A DNA stretch of 24,000 nucleotides from an uncultured Chloroflexia bacterium (lineage in GTDB: Bacteria > Chloroflexota > Chloroflexia > Chloroflexales > Kallotenuaceae): NCBI GenBank assembly GCA_963810425.1, contig CAWENH010000004.1, positions 78,746-102,745 on the forward strand, read 5' to 3'. The translations under genes were made by a program, and so were the position numbers. Below are positions 6,953-15,628 of this stretch, piece after piece; positions within the stretch are counted from its first letter, which is position 1, and the number at the start of each line of letters is the position of its first letter. The notes under the pieces are model-generated. The model was not told where the DNA came from. It was given only the letters and a program-made list of their open reading frames with translations, and did not search any database.

Positions 6953-7791
6953 GCGCGACCTATGCCAGTGCACTGCGCGCCGCGACCGCCGTGCTGGCCG
7001 CGACCTCGCCGACCGCGCGGCTGGACAGCGAGCTGCTGCTCAGCTTTGTCTGTGGCGTGCCGCGCATTGCGCTGCTGACCGAGTGGCAGACGCCGCTCAG
7101 CGCCGACGAGGCGGCGCGCTTCGATGCGCTGGTCGCCCGCCGCGCGCTGGGCGAGCCGGTCGCCTATCTGGTCGGGACGAAAGAGTTTTATGGCCGCGAG
7201 TTTGCGGTCGACCGTCGGGTGCTGGTGCCGCGGCCCGAGACTGAGCTGCTGGTCGAGCAGGCGCTGGCGTGGGCGCGCCGCCGCACGGCGCCGCCCAGCA
7301 TCGCCGACATTGGGACTGGCAGCGGCTGCATTGCCGTCACGCTGGCGCTGGAGCTGCCGGGCAGCGCCGTGGCCGCCGTTGATCTCTCGGCTGATGCGCT
7401 GGCGATCGCGGCGCTGAACTGCGCGGCGCACGCGGTCGGGCCGCGCGTCGCGCTGCTGCACGGCGACGGCTTCGCGCCGCTGGCCGGGCAGGTCGATCTG
7501 GTCGTTACCAATCCGCCCTACACCGTGCTAGCCGCGGTCGACGCCAACGTGCGCGATTTCGAGCCGCACCTGGCCCTCGACGGCTTTGGCGACGATGGCC
7601 TCGCCGTAATTCAGCGCCTGATCGCGGCGGCGCCCCGTCACCTGGCGGCTGACGGGGCGCTATTTATGGAGATCGGCGCGTGGCAGGGCGCTGCGGCGCG
7701 CGCGCTGGCGGCCGCCGCCTTTCCCGCGGCGCAGGTCAGCGTCCTCGCCGACCTCGCCGGCCACGACCGCCTGCTCGCCGTAATCTGCTAG
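6949..7791 (+). CDS. prmC: peptide chain release factor N5-glutamine methyltransferase (PrmC/HemK)
   Basis: GTGSGCIAV SAM-binding motif and the NPPY motif (VVTNPPY). ATG 6949 overlaps the LysR stop (ATGA). Confidence 0.85.
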   Translation: MSATYASALRAATAVLAATSPTARLDSELLLSFVCGVPRIALLTEWQTPLSADEAARFDALVARRALGEPVAYLVGTKEFYGREFAVDRRVLVPRPETELLVEQALAWARRRTAPPSIADIGTGSGCIAVTLALELPGSAVAAVDLSADALAIAALNCAAHAVGPRVALLHGDGFAPLAGQVDLVVTNPPYTVLAAVDANVRDFEPHLALDGFGDDGLAVIQRLIAAAPRHLAADGALFMEIGAWQGAAARALAAAAFPAAQVSVLADLAGHDRLLAVIC

Positions 7792-8531
7792 CTGACATAA
7801 TGAGGCAGATGCACTTGCAGTTCGCGGAACATCCGGTCGCTGTCCCCGCCCGCGGCCGTAAAGATCAGCTGGCGCGGCACACCGTCGCTGTTGCTGAGCT
7901 TGACCTTGCGCTGCGCCGCCGTCAGCGTCTGGATCGCGCCGTATGGCACAGTGACCGCAACGCGCCGCCGCCCGACCAGGCGGGCGATCAGGATCGCTGG
8001 GATGACGCCGACGCCAAGTCCGAACCGTAGCACCACTGGGAGGACACACAGCCCCAGCACAATTGCCAGCTGGAGCAGCGGATGGGGGTCGAGCCGGCCC
8101 TCGGCTAGCAGGCCCTCGTTGGTAAACGTCACCTTGCCCGGCCCGCGCAGTGACCGCACCCGCTGCGGCTGAAAGCGCACCTCAAACTCGTAGTTCAGAA
8201 TGTCGGCCGGCACCATGCCATAGCGCGGCTGAAAGCGGGGCGGCAGCCGCAGCTTCGGCGCCAGGAAGCGCACGCCGAATCCGCCGACGATCAGCGCCAC
8301 CAGCGCGCCAACGCCAGATAGCCAGATTGACGGATCTGGATCTAGTTTGCCGGTATTGAGGGTGACAGCAAAAATAGTGATCACAAAAAAACCGCCGAAC
8401 ACCATCAGTAGGAGCATCAGCATCATGCCCAGTACGGCCAGCAGGCGCTGTCCATATGACAGATCAGCGCTACGCCAGGTTTCGAGCGTGATGGTGGAGG
8501 GGCGAGAGCGATTCACAAAGGGACCTTTCAT
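7788..8531 (-). CDS. hypothetical membrane protein (about 247 aa)
   Basis: From ATG 8531: MKGPFVNRS..., with hydrophobic helices (LLAVLGMMLMLLLMVFGGFFVITIFAV, GVGALVALIVGGFGV, LLQLAIVLGLCVLPVV). The start is uncertain; the TTG at 8615 is also open. No family recognised. Confidence 0.6.
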   Translation of the reverse strand: MKGPFVNRSRPSTITLETWRSADLSYGQRLLAVLGMMLMLLLMVFGGFFVITIFAVTLNTGKLDPDPSIWLSGVGALVALIVGGFGVRFLAPKLRLPPRFQPRYGMVPADILNYEFEVRFQPQRVRSLRGPGKVTFTNEGLLAEGRLDPHPLLQLAIVLGLCVLPVVLRFGLGVGVIPAILIARLVGRRRVAVTVPYGAIQTLTAAQRKVKLSNSDGVPRQLIFTAAGGDSDRMFRELQVHLPHYVS

Positions 8532-8685
8532 GGCGGACGCGCCAAAAGCCCAGCAGCCGCGCGGCAGCAGCGCCGACAGCCGGGGAGTTTGGGCGGGTCG
8601 CGGGGCTAAAAGCAAACAGAAGGTTTAATCGTGGTCTTGCGCCGTCAGAACCGAACGCGCTATAATGGGTTAGATGAGCAGCGCA

Positions 8686-8718
8686 TTAAAGCAAAAGGCC
8701 CACCGCAGTGGGTGGACC
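8686..8718 (-). terminator. candidate intrinsic terminator of rpmB
   Basis: The minus strand reads GGUCCACC-cacugc-GGUGGGCC (8-bp stem with one G.U pair) followed by UUUUGCUUUAAU. Confidence 0.5.
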
Positions 8719-8727
8719 CTCAGCCAG

Positions 8728-8910
8728 CTAGCGGGTTTTTGCAGCTGTCCGAATGCAGCGGGTGCAGAGTTTGCGGCGGACCAATTTGCCATCTTTGGGG
8801 GCCGTCACGACCTGCAGGTTGGGATTAAAGCGGCGGCGGGTGTGTCGATTCGAAAAGCTAATGCTATTTCCGAACGATGGACCCTTGCCGCATTCAGCAC
8901 ACTTAGCCAT
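8728..8910 (-). CDS. rpmB: 50S ribosomal protein L28 (Cys-containing, zinc-ribbon form)
   Basis: MAKCAECGKGPSFGNSISFSNRHTRRRFNPNLQVV...LCTRCIRTAAK, 60 aa. AGGAGG lies upstream of ATG 8910. The listed ORF to 9135 is over-extended. Confidence 0.9.
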   Translation of the reverse strand: MAKCAECGKGPSFGNSISFSNRHTRRRFNPNLQVVTAPKDGKLVRRKLCTRCIRTAAKTR

Positions 8911-8946
8911 TGATAACCTCCTGAAAAGCGACACAAGCGACTTTGG

Positions 8947-8975
8947 ACTATAGCATATTCGGGCGCTTCTGGCAA
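8947..8975 (-). promoter_or_regulatory. candidate rpmB promoter, TTGCCA-17 nt-TATAGT
   Basis: Minus-strand hexamers are the reverse complement of 8970-8975 and 8947-8952, with a 17-nt spacer, about 35 nt upstream of the rpmB start. Confidence 0.5.
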
Positions 8976-9001
8976 CCGAGCGCTGGAGATTGAACGAACA
9001 T

Positions 9002-9370
9002 ATGGCCGACCACACCGCTCCCAACACCCGCCAGCTGCCGCAGGGCAGCATCGAAGTTATGCCACGCGCCATTGCCAGCATCGTGGCGCACGCCGTCTGC
9101 CGCTCGTATGGCGTCGTGGGGATGGCGCCCGCCAACCTGCGCGATAGCCTCGGCCAAGTGCTGCGCCAGGAAGATCAGCATCGCGGCATTGATGTCCACA
9201 TTGGCCGCGACTCGATTGCGGTGGATGTCTATGTGGTGCTGGCCTACGGCACCCGCATCTCCGAGGTGGCCCAGCAGGTGATCGCGACGGTGAGCTACGC
9301 CCTGAAGCAGTCGCTCGGCCTGCCGGTCGGCGCCGTCAATGTGCATGTTCAGGGGATCAACAAGCTCTAG
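9002..9370 (+). CDS. Asp23/Gls24-family envelope stress protein
   Basis: GSIEVMPRAIASIVAHAVCRSYGVVGMA...IDVHIGRDSIAVDVYVVLAYGTRISEVAQQV is a typical Asp23 domain. ATG 9002 is preferred over the TTG at 8990. Confidence 0.85.
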   Translation: MADHTAPNTRQLPQGSIEVMPRAIASIVAHAVCRSYGVVGMAPANLRDSLGQVLRQEDQHRGIDVHIGRDSIAVDVYVVLAYGTRISEVAQQVIATVSYALKQSLGLPVGAVNVHVQGINKL

Positions 9371-9487
9371 CTGCCGTCCACCATTGTATCGTGATGCGTT
9401 GCGCCCGGCGTGGCGGTACAGTACGCTGATACCGGCGTGGCTCAGCCCTGAGCTAGCGCTGTCAACCTCACCTTTTGGAGCTATTCA

Positions 9488-11146
9488 ATGACCACTGCCA
9501 CGACCTGGGATGGAACTCAACTGCTCGCGGCTCTTCAGGCCGCCGCCCGCTGGCTGGAGCAGCATGTGGGCGAAGTCAATGCCCTCAACGTTTTTCCGGT
9601 GCCCGACGGCGACACCGGCACCAACATGAACCTGACCTTCACCGCCGCGCTCAAAGACATTAAGCCGCAGCCCAGCGCCGGCGCGGTCGGGATGATTTTG
9701 CAGAAGCAGGCGCTGCGCGGCGCCCGCGGCAACTCCGGCGTGATCCTGTCACAGATTCTGCGCGGCTTCAGCGAGGGCATCGGCGACTCGGCCACGCTGG
9801 ACGCTGGCGGCATGGCTCAGGCCTTCACCAAAGCGGCCGACCGCGCTTACAAGGCGGTCATGAAGCCGACCGAGGGCACGATGCTGACAGTGATCCGGGT
9901 CGTCGGCGACCGGGCGCGCGCGGCGGCCGAGGGCGGCGCGGCGCTGCTGGGCGTGCTGGAGGCCGCGGTTGAGGGCGCCCACGCCGCGGTCGCGGACACG
10001 CCCAACCTCCTGAAACAGCTGCGCGACGCGGGCGTGGTCGACGCCGGCGGCGAGGGCGTCGCGGTGATCCTCGACGGCGTGCTGCGCTGGGCGCGCGGCG
10101 AGTTGGTCGAGCGGCCCGATGCGCCCGTCCAGAGCGCGGCGGTCGCCTTCGATGATATTCACAGCGACGACGACTTCGGCTACTGCACCACTCTGCTGCT
10201 AGAGGGCGAGAATATTCCGTTCGACGAGGTGCGGGCGACCATCGCCAGCATGGGCGCGTCGGTGGTGGTGGTCGGCGATGAGACCACCGTCAAAGCCCAC
10301 GTCCACACGCTGCGGCCCGGCGACGTGCTGAACTACGCGATCACCTACGGCGCGCTGACCCACATCGAGATCGCCAACATGGACGCCCAGCGCGCCCAGA
10401 TTCACGCCACCGGCGCCGTCGCCGCGGTACCGGGCCATGCGCCGAAAGAGGCCAGCCTGGCCAGCCGCGCCGCGCCCGTGGACGACGCCAAGATCGGCAT
10501 CGTGGCGATTGCGCCCGGCCCTGGCTGGGCGGCGGTGTTCCGCTCGGCGCGGGTCGGTGCGGTCGTCACCGGCGGCCAGACCATGAATCCCAGCACCGCC
10601 GAGCTAGCCGAGGCCATCGAGAGCTTGCCGCAGCAGGAGGTCATCGTGCTGCCCAATAACTCGAATATTCTGATGGCGGCCCGGCAGGCCCAGGAGATCG
10701 TCGATAAAACCGTCTCGATCATTCCGTCGCGCACGATCCCGCAGGGCGTCGCGGCGATCCTGGCTATGAACTTCGAGCAGGACCTGGAGCGCAACACCAA
10801 AGCCATGACCCGCGCGATCAGCACGGTGCGCACCATTGAGATCACCACGGCGGTCCGCGATGCGACCGTGGATGACACCGCGGTTAAAATCGGCCAGACG
10901 ATTGGGCTGCTGGATGATAAGCTGATCGCGGCCGGCGATGATCAACTGGCGGTCGTGGACCAGATGCTTGAGGCGCTGGACATGGCCGAGTACGAGCTGG
11001 TGACGATCTATCTGGGCGAGGACGTGGACGCCGCGCGGGGCCAGGCGCTGGCCGAGCGCATCCAGGCGCGCTATGATCACCTTGAGACCGTTGATGTGCA
11101 GAGTGGCGGCCAGCCGTTCTACGATTTTATTTTGGCGATTGAATAA
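9488..11146 (+). CDS. DAK2 (DhaL-like) domain protein, YloV/FakA-type fatty acid kinase subunit
   Basis: 552 aa. N-terminal DhaL signature (VFPVPDGDTGTNM, RGNSGVILSQ). The length and the asp23-upstream / DegV-downstream context match YloV/FakA. Confidence 0.9.
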   Translation: MTTATTWDGTQLLAALQAAARWLEQHVGEVNALNVFPVPDGDTGTNMNLTFTAALKDIKPQPSAGAVGMILQKQALRGARGNSGVILSQILRGFSEGIGDSATLDAGGMAQAFTKAADRAYKAVMKPTEGTMLTVIRVVGDRARAAAEGGAALLGVLEAAVEGAHAAVADTPNLLKQLRDAGVVDAGGEGVAVILDGVLRWARGELVERPDAPVQSAAVAFDDIHSDDDFGYCTTLLLEGENIPFDEVRATIASMGASVVVVGDETTVKAHVHTLRPGDVLNYAITYGALTHIEIANMDAQRAQIHATGAVAAVPGHAPKEASLASRAAPVDDAKIGIVAIAPGPGWAAVFRSARVGAVVTGGQTMNPSTAELAEAIESLPQQEVIVLPNNSNILMAARQAQEIVDKTVSIIPSRTIPQGVAAILAMNFEQDLERNTKAMTRAISTVRTIEITTAVRDATVDDTAVKIGQTIGLLDDKLIAAGDDQLAVVDQMLEALDMAEYELVTIYLGEDVDAARGQALAERIQARYDHLETVDVQSGGQPFYDFILAIE

Positions 11147-11160
11147 AGGTAGCGGTGCAG

Positions 11161-12012
11161 ATGGCTTCTGTCAAAATTGTCACCGACAGCACCTCCGATG
11201 TGCCGCCGCAGCTGCTGCGCGATCTCGATATTGAGGTCGTGCCGCTGTACATAAACTTTGGCGACGAGACCTATCGTGATGGCGTCGACCTGACCGGCGA
11301 GGGCTTTACCAAGCTCATCAGCGAGACCGGCGTGCATCCGACGACCTCGGCGCCGCCGACGATTGTCTTTGAGCAAACCTACCGCCGCCTGGCCCGCACC
11401 CACGACGCGGTGATCTCGATTCACCTGTCGGGTCACCTGAGCTCGGCGTTTCGGGCGGCGGCGCTGGCGCGCGAGAAGCTGCCGCCCTCGCTGATCAAAA
11501 TTAACGTTGTGGACACCCACTCGGCCTCGCTGGGCGTGGGCATGACGGTGATCGCCGCGGCCCAGATGGCCAAAGCCGGCCTGCCGCTCGATGAGATTCT
11601 GCGCGAGGTTCAGCATCGGGTGCAGCACACCCACATGCTGTATTTTGTCGACACCATCGAGTACCTGGAGCGCTCCGGCCGCCTGAGCCTGGCCGCCGGC
11701 ATGGTCGGCTCGATGGCGCGCATCAAGCCGCTGCTCTTGATTGACCAGGGCCAGATCGTCCCCTACGAGCGCACGCGCACCCGCGCCAAAGCGATTGACG
11801 GCCTGTTCACCTTTGTCGAGGATTTTCCTCACGTTGAGGAGATCGGCGTGGTCTACAGCACCACGCCCGAGGATGTTGAAAAAATCTTGGAGAAGGTCAA
11901 CATTCTGTTTCCGCGCGAGCAGGTGATGGTGGCGGAGTACGGGCCTTCGATTGCGGTGCATCTGGGGCCGGGCGCGATGGGCATTGTGGTCTACGAGGGC
12001 CACGAGCCATAA
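11161..12012 (+). CDS. DegV-family fatty-acid-binding protein (FakB-like), paralog 1
   Basis: VKIVTDSTSDVP...TSAPP...ISIHLSGHLSSAF is a DegV signature. ATG 11161; GTG 11155 is also possible. Confidence 0.9.
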   Translation: MASVKIVTDSTSDVPPQLLRDLDIEVVPLYINFGDETYRDGVDLTGEGFTKLISETGVHPTTSAPPTIVFEQTYRRLARTHDAVISIHLSGHLSSAFRAAALAREKLPPSLIKINVVDTHSASLGVGMTVIAAAQMAKAGLPLDEILREVQHRVQHTHMLYFVDTIEYLERSGRLSLAAGMVGSMARIKPLLLIDQGQIVPYERTRTRAKAIDGLFTFVEDFPHVEEIGVVYSTTPEDVEKILEKVNILFPREQVMVAEYGPSIAVHLGPGAMGIVVYEGHEP

Positions 12013-12087
12013 ATCCACGTCCGCGACGTTATTAGTTGAAGGTGAATGCGTCATAGCGCACATGGCGCATTCTTTTTGGAGGACTTG

Positions 12088-12918
12088 ATGAGTATTGCAG
12101 TCGTCGTTGACTTAACAGCCGATCTTTCGCCCGCCCTGCGCGAGCAGTATCAGATCTCGATGGTGTCGCTGGTGATTTTGTTTGGCAGCGAGCAGTTCCG
12201 TGACGGCGTGGACATGACCAGCGAGGCGTTTTATCGTCGTCTGACGACTGATAAGCGGCACCCGACTAGCTCGCAGCCGTCGCCCGGCGACTTCATGGAG
12301 GTCTACGAGCGCCTGGCAAAGGACCATGAGGGCATTATCTCGATCCATGTGGGCGGCAAGCTCAGCGGCACGGTTCGCTCGGCGCAGCAGGCCGCCGATA
12401 TGCTGCCGGACATCCCGATCAAAGTGATCAACTCGGGCAGCGTGTCGATGGGGCTGGGCTTTTTGGGCATTGAGGCCAGCAAAATGGCCTCGCAGGGCAA
12501 AACGCTGGATGAGATCGCGGCGGCCATCGAGGCGCTGCTGCCGAAGATTGAGCTGTGGGCCGTCCTGGACACCCTGACCTTCTTGGAGCGCGGCGGGCGC
12601 ATTGGCAAAACCTCGGCGTTCCTGGGCAACCTGCTCAGCGTCAAGCCGATGATCTACATTCGGGGCGAGGTCCTGCCGGGCGAGCGGCTGCGGACCCACA
12701 AGAAGGCCGTCGCCCGCATGGCCGAGCTGGCCGGCGATGAGGCGCCCTACCAGCATCTGGCGGTCATGCACAGCCAGGCCGAGGGCTACGCCACTGAGCT
12801 GGCCGATATGCTGGCGAACGTCCACCCGCGCGACCAAATCTTGGTGGCCGAGCTGACCGGCGTGCTCGGCGTGCACGGCGGCCCCGGCATCGTGGGCGTC
12901 ACCGGCATCAAAAAATAG
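12088..12918 (+). CDS. DegV-family fatty-acid-binding protein (FakB-like), paralog 2
   Basis: MSIAVVVDLTADL...TSSQPSPGDF...ISIHVGGKLSGT. ATG 12088 lies 4 nt after GGAGGA. Confidence 0.9.
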   Translation: MSIAVVVDLTADLSPALREQYQISMVSLVILFGSEQFRDGVDMTSEAFYRRLTTDKRHPTSSQPSPGDFMEVYERLAKDHEGIISIHVGGKLSGTVRSAQQAADMLPDIPIKVINSGSVSMGLGFLGIEASKMASQGKTLDEIAAAIEALLPKIELWAVLDTLTFLERGGRIGKTSAFLGNLLSVKPMIYIRGEVLPGERLRTHKKAVARMAELAGDEAPYQHLAVMHSQAEGYATELADMLANVHPRDQILVAELTGVLGVHGGPGIVGVTGIKK

Positions 12919-12960
12919 GCCGTGCGGCGCGCAGCCTGCACCGCAGCAGCCTCGCACGCA

Positions 12961-13010
12961 GCGCACGACCGTGAGCAGTCACGGCCGTGCGCTGCTTTTC
13001 ATTGTTTTTT
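12961..13010 (+). terminator. intrinsic terminator after the second degV gene
   Basis: gcgcacgaccgtga / gcag loop / tcacggccgtgcgc (13 of 14 bp paired), followed by tgcttttcattgtttttt. Confidence 0.75.
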
Positions 13011-13076
13011 GGCGCAGCGCGACCGAGCAGGACGGGCCGCGCCGCGCGCTTGGCGGTGCCGCGGGCCGCGACGCTG

Positions 13077-13082
13077 TATAAT
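13077..13082 (+). promoter_or_regulatory. perfect TATAAT hexamer 9 nt upstream of ATG 13092 (near-leaderless arrangement)
   Basis: Read directly. No convincing -35 at 17 nt; TG lies immediately upstream. Confidence 0.3.
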
Positions 13083-13091
13083 GACCTGAGC

Positions 13092-13280
13092 ATGAACGAG
13101 CGCGAACATATTATTCAGCTGGGCCGCTGCCTGGCCGCCGAGGCGACCGCGGGCTATGGCAACGCCGTGTCCGGCGGCCTCGATACATTCTTGGCCAAGT
13201 GGCGCGCCGCCCTGCCCGCCGCCGCGGAGCAGCCGGCCGTCGCGGCCGCGCTGATCGCCTGTCCGACTACGCCGCGCTGA
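13092..13280 (+). CDS. ORF (MNEREHIIQLGRCLAAEATAGYGN...) likely to be the frame-displaced N-terminal extension of recG
   Basis: G/C-rich third positions run in this frame to about 13257, then in the frame of ORF 13199 (LSDYAALIEPS), then from about 13290 in the recG frame (AERQQAIDISLRELRALFKAAP...PLSDVPGIGPSL). The recG frame has no ATG/GTG/TTG between its upstream stop (13252-13254) and GTG 13417. Confidence 0.45.
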   Translation: MNEREHIIQLGRCLAAEATAGYGNAVSGGLDTFLAKWRAALPAAAEQPAVAAALIACPTTPR

Positions 13281-13416
13281 TCGAGCCGAGCGGCAGCAGG
13301 CGATTGATATTTCGCTGCGCGAGCTGCGGGCGCTGTTCAAGGCCGCGCCGGCCGCCGCGCCCGCCAAGCCGGCGCGGCCCCAGCCGCTGCTCCGCCCCGC
13401 GGCGCCGCTCAGCGAT

Positions 13417-15576
13417 GTGCCGGGCATCGGGCCGTCGCTGGTCAAAACGTTTGGGCGGCTCGGGCTGCGCACGGTCTACGACCTGCTCTACCACTTCCCC
13501 AGCCGCTACGACGACTACTCATCGCGCAAAACCATCGCCGAGCTGATGGTCGGCGTGCCTGAGACGGTGATCGGTGAGATCGTCGAGGTCAAGACCTTCA
13601 CCACCCGCAACAGCCTGGGCGGCGTCAACATTATTATCAACGACGACACCGGCGCGCTCCGCATCTCGTTCTTTGGCCAGCAGTGGCTTGCCAAGCAGCT
13701 GTTTGTTGGGCAGCGGATTGTGGTCTCGGGCAAGGTCACGGGCTTCAACGGCCAGCTTCAGATGTCCAGCCCGAAGTGGGAGCCGCACCGCGAGGACGCG
13801 CTGACCCACGCCGGCCGCCTGGTGCCGGTCCACCCGCTGACCAAAGGGCTGTACGAGAAAAACGTCCGCACGCTGATCAAGCAGGTTGTCGAGAGCGCGG
13901 CGCCGCACGTCGAGGATTTTTTGCCGCCCGAGGCTCGCGAGCGCTCCAACCTGCCGCCGCTGGCCGAGGCGCTGGCGCAGGTGCATTTTCCCGACAGCTA
14001 CCCGCAGCTGGAGCGCGCCCGCTTCCGGCTGGGCTTCGACGAGTTTTTGCTGATTCAGCTGGGCGTGCTGCAGCGCAAGCAGCTGTGGCAGGGCGAGTCC
14101 AGCCTGCCGATCACGATTGACCAGGCGGTGCACGCGCGCTTTTTGAGCAAGCTGCCGTTTCAGCTGACCGCCGCGCAGCTCACTGTGGTCGGCGAGATTT
14201 TCGCCGATGTGGCGCGGCCGGTGCCGATGGCGCGGCTGGTGCAGGGCGATGTCGGCTCGGGCAAGACGGTCGTGGCGGCGGCGGCGCTGGTCCAGGCGGT
14301 CGCCAACGGGCTGCAGGGCGCGCTCATGGCGCCGACCGAGATTTTGGCCGAGCAGCACTACAAAGGCTTAAAGCAGCTGCTGGCGCAGGTCGAGGTGCCG
14401 CGCACCGCCAAGCAGGCCGCCGAGCACAGCAGCGACTGGAAGGAGCGCCTCGACGACGATCAGCGCAAGCGCATGGCCGAGATCAAGCGGCTGCTGGGCA
14501 TGACCGACGAGGAGGATCACGGCGGCGCCGGCATCCGCGTCGCGCTGCTGACCGGCTCGCTCAAAAGCAAGGAGCGCAAGCGCGTGCTGGAGGGCGTGGC
14601 GCGCGGCGAGGTCGATCTAGTGATCGGCACCCACGCGCTGATCTCCGAGAGCGTACAGTACAACAGCCTGGGCCTGGTGGTCGTCGACGAGCAGCACCGC
14701 TTTGGCGTCGAGCAGCGCGAGCGGCTCAAGGCTAAAGGTCACAACCCGCACCTGCTGGTTATGACTGCGACGCCGATCCCGCGCTCGCTGGCGCTGTCGA
14801 TCTACGGCGACCTCGACTCGTCGGTGATCGGCGAGCGCCCGCCGGGCCGGCAGCCGATCCGCACCAAGTGGATTCAGAAGGCCGACATCAAAAAAGCCTA
14901 CCGCCATGTCCAGCGCGAGGTTCAGGCCGGCCGCCAGGCGTTTGTGATCTGCCCGCTGGTCGAGGAGTCCGAGAAGCTGGAGTTGGCCTCGGCGGTCGAG
15001 ACCCAGGAGCTGCTGCAGCACGAGGTCTTTCCCGACCTGCGGGTGGGGCTGGTCGACGGCCGCATGGCGCAGGCCGAAAAAGATGCGGTCATGACCGCCT
15101 TCCGCGACCGCACTTTTGACATCCTGGTGGCGACTGCGGTGGTCGAGGTCGGCATTGATATTCCCAACGCCTCGACGATTTTGATTCTGGGCGCCGAGCG
15201 CTTTGGCTTGGCCCAGCTGCACCAGTTCCGCGGCCGGGTCGGGCGCGGCGCGCACGCCTCGTTCTGCATCGTGGTCTCCGACGTGGAGAACGAGGCGACC
15301 CAGGAGCGGCTCCAGGCGCTGGAGAACAGCGAGGACGGCTTTGTGCTGGCCGAGAAAGACCTGGAGCTGCGCGGGCCGGGCGAGTTCTTTGGCCGCCGCC
15401 AGTCGGGCACGCCCGACCTGAAGATGGCGCGGCTGGGCGACCTCAGGCTGCTGCACGTCGCCCGGCTGGAGGCCGAGCGGATTCTGCAAACCGACCCCAA
15501 GCTGGAGCGCCCGGAACACCGCTTGCTAGCGGCCAAAGTTGCGGCGTTTTGGGCCGAGGCCGGCGCGGCCAACTAG
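13417..15576 (+). CDS. recG: ATP-dependent DNA helicase RecG (core; the true start is probably upstream)
   Basis: GIGPSLVKTFGRLGLRTVYDLLYHFPSRYDD is a RecG N-terminal motif. Wedge/OB region, Walker A GDVGSGKT, DEQHRFG, and helicase C-terminal motifs (QLHQFRGRVGRG). Confidence 0.9.
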   Translation: MPGIGPSLVKTFGRLGLRTVYDLLYHFPSRYDDYSSRKTIAELMVGVPETVIGEIVEVKTFTTRNSLGGVNIIINDDTGALRISFFGQQWLAKQLFVGQRIVVSGKVTGFNGQLQMSSPKWEPHREDALTHAGRLVPVHPLTKGLYEKNVRTLIKQVVESAAPHVEDFLPPEARERSNLPPLAEALAQVHFPDSYPQLERARFRLGFDEFLLIQLGVLQRKQLWQGESSLPITIDQAVHARFLSKLPFQLTAAQLTVVGEIFADVARPVPMARLVQGDVGSGKTVVAAAALVQAVANGLQGALMAPTEILAEQHYKGLKQLLAQVEVPRTAKQAAEHSSDWKERLDDDQRKRMAEIKRLLGMTDEEDHGGAGIRVALLTGSLKSKERKRVLEGVARGEVDLVIGTHALISESVQYNSLGLVVVDEQHRFGVEQRERLKAKGHNPHLLVMTATPIPRSLALSIYGDLDSSVIGERPPGRQPIRTKWIQKADIKKAYRHVQREVQAGRQAFVICPLVEESEKLELASAVETQELLQHEVFPDLRVGLVDGRMAQAEKDAVMTAFRDRTFDILVATAVVEVGIDIPNASTILILGAERFGLAQLHQFRGRVGRGAHASFCIVVSDVENEATQERLQALENSEDGFVLAEKDLELRGPGEFFGRRQSGTPDLKMARLGDLRLLHVARLEAERILQTDPKLERPEHRLLAAKVAAFWAEAGAAN

Positions 15577-15628
15577 CGGCGCTCCTTATGGTAGCGATGC
15601 GTTTTTTTAGATGAAAGGAGGGGTTTGT

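Noticed and set aside
5974-7461. Very long minus-strand ORF (495 aa). Similar long ORFs occur at 44..1027(+), 11119..12063(-), 12112..12966(-), 13519..14358(-), 14617..15519(-), 15443..16354(-), 16362..17438(-), 19601..20452(-) and 20628..21281(+).
   Set aside because: Their translations are dominated by Arg/Ala/Gly/Pro/Gln runs, and each lies antisense or off-frame to a gene with clear family motifs. These are stop-poor shadow frames typical of high-GC DNA.
8637-8913. TTGCGC-18 nt-TATAAT followed 7 nt later by ATG 8674, which opens a 79-aa plus-strand ORF.
   Set aside because: The ORF is fully antisense to rpmB and its terminator, has only moderate third-position G/C, and no recognisable features. 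An antisense transcript cannot be excluded, but a protein-coding gene is not supported.
12045-12079. aatgcg...cgcatt hairpin followed by ctttttgg between the two degV genes, considered as an internal terminator or attenuator.
   Set aside because: The stem is only 6 bp with a 15-nt loop, and the T-run overlaps the SD of the next gene. This is too weak to call.
15577-15628. T7 run (cgttttttta) after recG, considered as a terminator.
   Set aside because: The only preceding stem I can find is 4 bp (cgct/agcg). This is insufficient for an intrinsic terminator call.
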